A stretch of DNA of 63,655 nucleotides, counting the filler. It is 4 parts of 4 records of this genome, joined end to end, with 100 filler letters (N's around TTAATTAATTAA, not from the genome) between each part and the next. Parts side by side here need not be neighbours in the genome. Positions count along the whole stretch, not along the records: positions 56,141 to 63,655 come from DRR723986_4828; 3 more parts are not named here. One strand, written 5' to 3'. The notes beneath the pieces are model-generated. The model did not search any database, was not told the origin of the DNA, and saw nothing but the letters and a program-made list of their open reading frames with translations. Positions 57,382 to 63,655 of the stretch are shown here, piece after piece. A program made the translations under genes and the position numbers. Positions within the stretch are counted from its first letter, which is position 1. Every line of letters starts with the position of its first letter.

Positions 57382-59046
57382 ATGCTTCAGATCGACACAT
57401 GGAAACGGGTAGTGATATGGGCGGTCTGTGCCTTTGGCATTTTGCTTGCGCTGCCAAATGGCTTTTACGGCCGGGTTGAAACCGCCAATGATGCGCGCGC
57501 CGCGATCGAGGCGGGGGCCACGGCCGAAGGATTGCAAGAGCAGGCCGATATGTGGCCTGCTTTTTTGCCGTCTTCGCTGGTCAATCTGGGCCTTGATCTG
57601 CGCGGGGGCGCGCATCTTTTGGTCGAGGTGCAGCTGTCGGATGTTTATGAAACCCGTGTCAAAGGCATGTGGCCCGAGGTTTTGGCGCTGCTGCGCACCG
57701 AACGCGGGCGCATCGGCACCTTTCGCCTGCAGCAGGGCGCGCCCGATGAATTGCGCATTCGCCTGAACGAAAAACCCGATATGGTGGCCGAGGCCGCCGC
57801 AATCGTGCGCAGCCTTGCGCGGCCCGTGGCCAGCATTTCTGGGGCTGGGTCCAGCGATATCGTGGTCACGACCGAAGGCGCCGATGTGGTGATCCGCCTG
57901 TCAGAGGCCGAACAGCTGGCATCTGATGAACGGACAATGGCGCAATCGCTGGAAATTATCCGCCGCCGTATCGACGAGGTGGGCACGCGTGAGCCCACAA
58001 TTCAACGCCAGGGCGATGACCGTATTTTGATCCAGGTGCCGGGCCTTGGCAGCGCTGCGGAATTGAAAGCCATCATCGGCACCACTGCGCAGCTTACCTT
58101 TCAGCCCGTTGTCACCCGCACCGACAACGCCCAAATGCCGCCCGGCGCGGGCAACGAGATTGTGCCATCGGTGGATCAGCCGGGCCAATACTACATCTTG
58201 GAACAGGCCGCGGTGGTTACGGGCGAAGATCTGGTAGATGCCCAGCCCTCGTTCGATCAAAACGGCCGCCCGGCGGTTAGTTTCCGCTTTGACCCGACAG
58301 GCGCGCGGCGCTTTGGCGATTACACGGCAGAAAACATCGGCAGCCCGTTCGCCATTGTGCTGGATAACGAGGTGATCAGCGCCCCGGTGATCCAAAGCCA
58401 TATTCCCGGCGGTTCGGGCATTATCACGGGCAATTTCACGGTTGAGGAATCAACCAATCTGGCGGTGCTGTTACGCGCCGGTGCCCTGCCTGCGGATTTG
58501 AATTTTCTGGAAGAGCGCACCATCGGCCCCGAACTGGGGGCAGATAGTATCGAGGCGGGCAAAATTGCCTGTGTTGTGGCGGGCATTGCGGTGCTGGTCT
58601 TTATGGTGGCCAGCTACGGGCTGTTTGGGGTTTTCGCCAATATCGCCCTTGTGATCAACGTGGCGCTTATTTTTGGCCTGTTGTCGGCCATCGGGGCCAC
58701 GCTGACGCTGCCGGGCATTGCCGGTATCGTGCTGACCATCGGTATGGCGGTGGATGCCAATGTGCTGGTGTTCGAACGGATCCGCGAAGAGCTGAAAACC
58801 GCCCGCGGCCCGGCGCGCGCCATCGAGCTGGGCTATGAAAAAGCCATGAGCGCGATTGTCGATGCCAATATCACCACCTTTATCACGGCTGTGATCTTGT
58901 ATGTCATGGGCTCGGGCCCGGTGCGCGGCTTTGCCATCACGCTGGGATTTGGTATCGTGACATCGGTATTCACGGCCATTTTTGTAACACGGTTGTTGGT
59001 TGCTGTCTGGTTCCAGCGCCGCCGCCCCAAAACGCTGGAGGTGTAA
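57382..59046 (+). CDS. secD: Protein translocase subunit SecD
   Basis: LGLDLRGG, RRIDEVGTREP, LLRAGALP, GMAVDANVLVFERIREE. Confidence 0.96.
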   Translation: MLQIDTWKRVVIWAVCAFGILLALPNGFYGRVETANDARAAIEAGATAEGLQEQADMWPAFLPSSLVNLGLDLRGGAHLLVEVQLSDVYETRVKGMWPEVLALLRTERGRIGTFRLQQGAPDELRIRLNEKPDMVAEAAAIVRSLARPVASISGAGSSDIVVTTEGADVVIRLSEAEQLASDERTMAQSLEIIRRRIDEVGTREPTIQRQGDDRILIQVPGLGSAAELKAIIGTTAQLTFQPVVTRTDNAQMPPGAGNEIVPSVDQPGQYYILEQAAVVTGEDLVDAQPSFDQNGRPAVSFRFDPTGARRFGDYTAENIGSPFAIVLDNEVISAPVIQSHIPGGSGIITGNFTVEESTNLAVLLRAGALPADLNFLEERTIGPELGADSIEAGKIACVVAGIAVLVFMVASYGLFGVFANIALVINVALIFGLLSAIGATLTLPGIAGIVLTIGMAVDANVLVFERIREELKTARGPARAIELGYEKAMSAIVDANITTFITAVILYVMGSGPVRGFAITLGFGIVTSVFTAIFVTRLLVAVWFQRRRPKTLEV

Positions 59047-59047
59047 G

Positions 59048-60016
59048 ATGCGCCTGCGACTGGTTCCTGAACGCACGAATTTCAACTTTTTTGGCCGCTC
59101 GTGGCTGTGGCTGGGCATTTCCGGGACGATGGTTGTTGTGGCCTTTGTCTCGTTTTTGCTGCAAGGGCTGAACTTTGGCATCGATTTCCGCGGTGGCACC
59201 ACAATCCGCACCGAAAGCGCCCAAGCGATTGATATCGCTACATATCGTGGCGCGGTTGGGTCGCTGGGCCTGGGCGATATCACGATAACCGAGGTTTTCG
59301 ACCCCTCGTTTGGCCCCGATAAAAACGTGGCGATGATCCGTATTCAGGCGCAAGACGGCCAAGAGGCGGTAACCCCCGAGGTGATCGCCGCGGTCGAGGC
59401 GGCGCTGGCGCAGGCTGTGCCCGATATCCGCTTTGTCAGTGTCGAAAGCGTGGGCCCAAAGGTGTCGGGCGAGCTGATTCAAACCGCGGTGATCGCGGTG
59501 GTTTTGGCCATTGGCGCGGTGCTGGTTTACATCTGGATGCGGTTCGAATGGCAATTCGCGCTGGGCGCTGTTTTGGCGCTGGTGCATGACGTTGTGCTGA
59601 CCATTGGCATTTTCTCGGAACTGCAAATCCGGTTCGATTTGGCCATTATCGCAGCCTTGCTGACGATTGTGGGCTATTCGTTAAACGATACTGTGGTGGT
59701 CTTTGACCGGGTGCGCGAAAACCTGCGCAAATACAAACAGATGCCGCTGCGCGAGGTGCTGAACCTGTCGATCAACGAAACGCTTAGCCGCACGATGATG
59801 ACATCAGTAACCACGCTGATTGCGCTGATTGCGCTGCTGGTTCTGGGCGGCGATGTGATCCGTGGCTTTGTTTTCGCGATGACCTGGGGCGTGATCGTGG
59901 GCACCTATAGCTCGATCTTTGTGGCCTCGATGATCTTGCTGCGCCTTGGTGTGAAACGCGATTGGTCCAAGCCCGATAACACCTCGGGCAATCAATATGC
60001 CAATATCGATGCCTAA
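59048..60016 (+). CDS. secF: Protein translocase subunit SecF
   Basis: GIDFRGG, VGPKVS, GYSLNDTVVVFDRVRE, GTYSSIF. Confidence 0.96.
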   Translation: MRLRLVPERTNFNFFGRSWLWLGISGTMVVVAFVSFLLQGLNFGIDFRGGTTIRTESAQAIDIATYRGAVGSLGLGDITITEVFDPSFGPDKNVAMIRIQAQDGQEAVTPEVIAAVEAALAQAVPDIRFVSVESVGPKVSGELIQTAVIAVVLAIGAVLVYIWMRFEWQFALGAVLALVHDVVLTIGIFSELQIRFDLAIIAALLTIVGYSLNDTVVVFDRVRENLRKYKQMPLREVLNLSINETLSRTMMTSVTTLIALIALLVLGGDVIRGFVFAMTWGVIVGTYSSIFVASMILLRLGVKRDWSKPDNTSGNQYANIDA

Positions 60017-60022
60017 AGCCCT

Positions 60023-60775
60023 ATGACAGCCGCCCTGGCCGATGCGCTGGCCCACCCCGGCCTGTGGCTGTTGGTGGCGGGGGCCTTTGTATCGGGCTGT
60101 GTGCGCGGCTTTGCGGGGTTTGGCACAGCGCTGATTTTTGTGCCCCTGGCGGGGCAAGTGGTGCCGCCGCTGTGGGTGCTGATCATTTTGGTGACAATGG
60201 ATCTGGCCGGCCCCTTGCCAAACTTGCCCCGCGCGCTGCGTGCGGGGGATATGGCCGAGGTGGCTTGGCTGTCTTTGGGGGCGGTATTGGCCATTCCGCT
60301 GGGCCTGATGGTGCTGGCGCAGATGGATCCGATGATTTTTCGCATCCTTGTGTCGGTCATGGCCTTGTTGGTGCCGGTGCTGCTGCTGGTTGGGCTGCGC
60401 TACCAGGCGGCGCTGAACAGGCCGGTGCTGCTGGGCACCGGGGCTGCATCGGGCTTTTTGGGGGGCGTTGTTGGCATTCCGGGCCCGCCGGTGATTTTGC
60501 TTTATATGGCCGGCACCCATGGGCCCGCGGTGATCCGGGCCAATACAATGGTGTTTTTGTTCATCTTTGATGTGTTGTTGCTGGGTATCTTGGCCTTGCA
60601 AGGGCAATTGCACGCGCAGCCGCTATGGCTGGGCGTGGCGATGATGCTGCCGGCCACCTTGGGCAATCTTTTGGGCGGGTGGCTGTTCAACCCGGCCTAT
60701 GTTCGGCTATATCGGGCGGTGGCCTATACAATCATCGTGGCAGCGGCGCTCAGCGGTCTGCCGATCTGGGGGTAG
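60023..60775 (+). CDS. Sulfite exporter TauE/SafE family protein
   Basis: VRGFAGFG and GIPGPP motifs; about eight TM segments. Confidence 0.88.
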   Translation: MTAALADALAHPGLWLLVAGAFVSGCVRGFAGFGTALIFVPLAGQVVPPLWVLIILVTMDLAGPLPNLPRALRAGDMAEVAWLSLGAVLAIPLGLMVLAQMDPMIFRILVSVMALLVPVLLLVGLRYQAALNRPVLLGTGAASGFLGGVVGIPGPPVILLYMAGTHGPAVIRANTMVFLFIFDVLLLGILALQGQLHAQPLWLGVAMMLPATLGNLLGGWLFNPAYVRLYRAVAYTIIVAAALSGLPIWG

Positions 60776-60777
60776 CG

Positions 60778-61131
60778 ATGCAGCTTGTGGAAATAACCTA
60801 TGACAGCGCGGTGCCGGTCGAGGGCTATGGCCCGGGCTTTTTTCGCATCAAAGGGCAGGTGATCGAGGGGCCAATGCTGGCCACGGGCGCGCGGGCCATT
60901 GCCTGGGGCGGGCTGGCTGACAGCACCGCCATCACCGCCTTGGCGGGCGATGTTGATGTGGTGTTTTTGGGCATGGGGGCTGAAATTGCCCATGCGCCAG
61001 CGGCGTTTAGGGCCCAGATCGAGGCGGCAGGCATGGGGCTAGAGGTGATGTCATCGCCCGCGGCATGCCGCACCTATAACGTGCTGTTGTCCGAGGGGCG
61101 GCGCGTGGCGCTGGCGGCGCTGCCGGTTTAG
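60778..61131 (+). CDS. Mth938-like (NDUFAF3/DUF498) domain protein
   Basis: EGYGPGFFR, LGMG, EVMSSPAACRTYNVLLSEGRRV. Confidence 0.9.
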   Translation: MQLVEITYDSAVPVEGYGPGFFRIKGQVIEGPMLATGARAIAWGGLADSTAITALAGDVDVVFLGMGAEIAHAPAAFRAQIEAAGMGLEVMSSPAACRTYNVLLSEGRRVALAALPV

Positions 61132-61180
61132 CGCCGGCCGCGCGCTGCGAATCGGCCCTGTGCGGGCCTTATGCTGCATC

Positions 61181-61230
61181 TGTGCGGATTTTCGCATAAA
61201 GCCCGGCGGTGGCGTGCGGTATTTCGCACA
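61181..61230. promoter_or_regulatory. Tandem DctD-type upstream activator sites
   Basis: TGTGCGGATTTTCGCATA (61181-61198) and CGTGCGGTATTTCGCACA (61213-61230), both TGCG-N6-CGCA palindromes, upstream of dctP. Confidence 0.62.
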
Positions 61231-61418
61231 GCTTGCGCCCGGCGCATAGCAGCACTGCGCCAAGTGCATTTGTAAAGCTCTGAAAATAAAGGCGTTTTGA
61301 TGAAAAATTGGGCGCCCCCAGCGAATGCTTGAGATTATTCAGCGCAGGCGGAATCTTGCCACCACGGCAGGGCGCAGCCCTGCATGCTGCAATGTCTCGA
61401 CAATCTGGGAGGAGACCT

Positions 61419-62423
61419 ATGAAACATCTTCTGACAACCGCCGCCGTGGCACTGGCGCTGAGCGCCACCGCGCAAACCGCAGCCGCGGCCTGTGATGATG
61501 GCGAAATCGTTATCAAATTCAGCCACGTCACCAACACCGATCGCCACCCCAAAGGCATCGCCGCCACCCTGCTGGCCGAGCGCGTGAACACCGAGATGAA
61601 CGGCAAAGCCTGCGTTGAAGTGTTCCCCAACTCGACCCTTTACAATGATGACCAGGTGCTCGAGGCGCTGCTGCAGGGCGATGTGCAACTGGCCGCGCCC
61701 TCGCTGTCGAAATTCGAGCAGTTCACCAAAGTGTTCCGCATTTTCGATTTGCCGTTCATGTTCAAAAACATCGCCGCTGTGGATGAGTTCCAAAACAGCG
61801 AAACCGGCCAGGCGATGAAAGAATCGATGACCCGCCGTGGCCTGCTGGGCCTGGCATTTTGGCACAATGGCATGAAGCAGATGTCGGCCAAGGCCCCGCT
61901 GTTGACGCCTGCTGACGCCGCTGGCATGAAATTCCGCGTGCAAAACTCGGATGTGCTAAAGGCCCAAATGGCCGCCATGGGCGCCAGCCCGCAGCCGATG
62001 GCCTTTTCCGAGGTCTATGGCGCGCTGCAAACCGGCGTTGTGGATGGCCAGGAAAACACCTGGTCGAACATCTATGGCCAGAAATTCTTTGAGGTGCAGG
62101 ACGGGATCACCGAAACCAACCACGGCATCATCGATTACATGCTCGTCACCTCGACCGATTGGTGGGACAGCCTGCCCGATGACGTGCGCAGCCAGCTGAG
62201 CACCATCATCACCGAAGTGACCGAAGCGCGTAACGCGGAATCGTCCAAGGTGAACGCCGAAGCCAAGCAAGCCATTCTCGATGCCGGTGGCGTGGTGCGC
62301 AGCCTGACGGCCGAACAGCGCCAGGCCTGGGTAGACGCGATGAAGCCCGTGTGGGCGCAGTTCATCGGCGATGTCGGCCAGGAAAACGTTGACGCCGCAC
62401 AAGCGATCAACGCCAAACACTAA
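61419..62423 (+). CDS. dctP: TRAP transporter substrate-binding protein DctP (C4-dicarboxylate type)
   Basis: GGAGGAG RBS, signal peptide, IKFSHV, HPKG, APSLSKF, FWHNGMKQ, KFRVQ, DGQENTWSN. Confidence 0.93.
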   Translation: MKHLLTTAAVALALSATAQTAAAACDDGEIVIKFSHVTNTDRHPKGIAATLLAERVNTEMNGKACVEVFPNSTLYNDDQVLEALLQGDVQLAAPSLSKFEQFTKVFRIFDLPFMFKNIAAVDEFQNSETGQAMKESMTRRGLLGLAFWHNGMKQMSAKAPLLTPADAAGMKFRVQNSDVLKAQMAAMGASPQPMAFSEVYGALQTGVVDGQENTWSNIYGQKFFEVQDGITETNHGIIDYMLVTSTDWWDSLPDDVRSQLSTIITEVTEARNAESSKVNAEAKQAILDAGGVVRSLTAEQRQAWVDAMKPVWAQFIGDVGQENVDAAQAINAKH

Positions 62424-62443
62424 GGCCCTCTCGGCCACCAACA

Positions 62444-62469
62444 GCCCGGCCCCCGCCAAGGGGCCGGGT
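62444..62469 (+). other. Intercistronic stem-loop between dctP and dctQ (mRNA stabiliser or partial terminator)
   Basis: CCCGGCCCC-CGCCAA-GGGGCCGGG. Confidence 0.65.
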
Positions 62470-62500
62470 CTTGTTCATCTTTTTTCGGGGGAAGGCGCGC

Positions 62501-63190
62501 ATGTCTGGGCAATATCAGCCAAAAACGGCCCTTGGCCGTGTGGTGCACGAGATTGAAGAAACGGCTATTGCCATTCTTCTGGGGCTTATGACCCTTATCA
62601 CATTCATCAACGTGGTCTTGCGATATGGCTTTAACACCGGCATCATCTGGGGCCTCGAGGCGGTGACATTCCTCTTTGCATGGCTGGTTCTTTTCGGGGT
62701 CAGCTACGCGGTAAAGGTCACGGCGCATTTGGGCGTGGATGCTTTGATCAATTTGTTTTCCGCCCCCATGCGCCGCGTTCTGGCCCTGGTGGCGGGGGCC
62801 GTGTGCATTGCTTATGCTGTGCTGCTGTTAAAGGGCTCTTGGGATTATTGGGCGAATTTTGCCAATCTGCCCCAAACCACCGGGCGCTGGTTTCCCACTG
62901 GCTTTGAAGAGATGAAACGCACCTCTTATCGCGGGTGGTACGAGGTGGTTGATATCCCCATGCCCGACTGGCTGCGCTTTATCGAGCCGCTGATGAACGA
63001 GGGCGAGAAATACGAAAAGATCCCGCGCTTTATCCCCTATTTCATGCTGCCGTTCGGCATGGCGCTGCTGCTGTTTCGGGTGCTGCAGGCGGTTTGGAAC
63101 GTGGCCTTTGGCCATGCAACCAGCCTGATTGTCAGCCACGAGGCCGAAGATGCCATCGACGATGTGCGCCACCTGAACCGCGAGGACTAA
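62501..63190 (+). CDS. dctQ: TRAP transporter small permease DctQ
   Basis: IEE...NVVLRY...W..E...AHLGVD; four TM segments. Confidence 0.9.
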   Translation: MSGQYQPKTALGRVVHEIEETAIAILLGLMTLITFINVVLRYGFNTGIIWGLEAVTFLFAWLVLFGVSYAVKVTAHLGVDALINLFSAPMRRVLALVAGAVCIAYAVLLLKGSWDYWANFANLPQTTGRWFPTGFEEMKRTSYRGWYEVVDIPMPDWLRFIEPLMNEGEKYEKIPRFIPYFMLPFGMALLLFRVLQAVWNVAFGHATSLIVSHEAEDAIDDVRHLNRED

Positions 63191-63194
63191 TTCA

Positions 63195-63655
63195 ATGGAA
63201 GTGTTTGTTCTTTTCACCATGGTGATCGGCCTGATGCTGATCGGTGTGCCCATCGCCATCAGCCTTGGCCTGTCCTCGATCCTGTTCTTGCTGGTGCTCA
63301 GCGACACATCGCTGGCCTCGATTGCGCAAACCATGTTCCAGGCCATGGCCGGGCATTACACGCTCTTGGCGATCCCGTTTTTCATCCTGGCCTCCAGCTT
63401 CATGTCCACCGGCGGCGTGGCGCGGCGCATCATTCGCTTTTCCATCGCCTTGGTGGGGCATTTCCCGGGCGGGCTGGCCATTGCGGGCGTTTTTGCCTGC
63501 ATGCTCTTTGCCGCGCTTTCGGGCTCGTCACCGGCCACAGTGGTGGCCATCGGCTCTATCGTCATCGCCGGTATGCGCCAGGTGGGCTATTCCAAGGATT
63601 TTGCCGCAGGCGTTATCGCCAATGCCGGCACGCTGGGCATTCTGATCCCGCCCTC
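63195..63655 (+). CDS. dctM: TRAP transporter large permease DctM, 5' part (runs off the window; absent from the ORF track)
   Basis: Manual translation MEVFVLFTMVIGLMLIGVPIAISLG...LLAIPFFILA...FAALSGSSPATV...AGTLGILIPP. Confidence 0.92.
   Translation, partial: MEVFVLFTMVIGLMLIGVPIAISLGLSSILFLLVLSDTSLASIAQTMFQAMAGHYTLLAIPFFILASSFMSTGGVARRIIRFSIALVGHFPGGLAIAGVFACMLFAALSGSSPATVVAIGSIVIAGMRQVGYSKDFAAGVIANAGTLGILIPP

Overview
The window is not one locus. It is four unrelated contigs joined by artificial 100-nt linkers (44 N + TTAATTAATTAA + 44 N at 15145-15244, 43320-43419 and 56041-56140), so nothing should be linked across them. Taxonomic labels below are inferences from gene order and protein style. 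Contig A (1-15144, Burkholderiales-like): circularly permuted ATP-grasp / alpha-E / transglutaminase operon, comEC, tatD, DUF2062, lolD-lolC/E, an RpfE-type protein, recJ, frameshifted prfB and lysS. Contig B (15245-43319, Bacteroidota/Chlorobiota, Kapabacteria-like): sensor kinase, PAP2, membrane-anchored GH2-like protein, FG-GAP lipoprotein, hrcA-grpE-dnaJ-comEA-PilM-like-rsmD-coaD, tRNA-Pro, small accessory genes, aconitase, a T9SS cargo protein and partial clpB. Contig C (43420-56040, marine alphaproteobacterium): ubiA, ppa, serine hydrolase, VOC + WYL regulator, CoA transferase, M16 peptidase, DUF47-PiT, tRNA-Thr and OsmC. Contig D (56141-63655, Rhodobacteraceae-like): serS, yajC-secDF, TauE, Mth938-like and dctPQM. 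I found no CRISPR array, transposase, integrase or prophage. Most content is housekeeping. The best leads are: (1) the functionally unresolved ATP-grasp/alpha-E/transglutaminase system, preceded by a sigma54-like promoter and NtrC-type sites embedded in the 3' end of comEC; (2) a candidate structured RNA with anti-Shine-Dalgarno loops in the 3' UTR of a VOC gene next to a WYL regulator; (3) a GH2-like membrane protein apparently lacking both catalytic glutamates; (4) tandem DctD-type sites upstream of dctP with no canonical sigma54 promoter. All were read by eye and none is proven novel.
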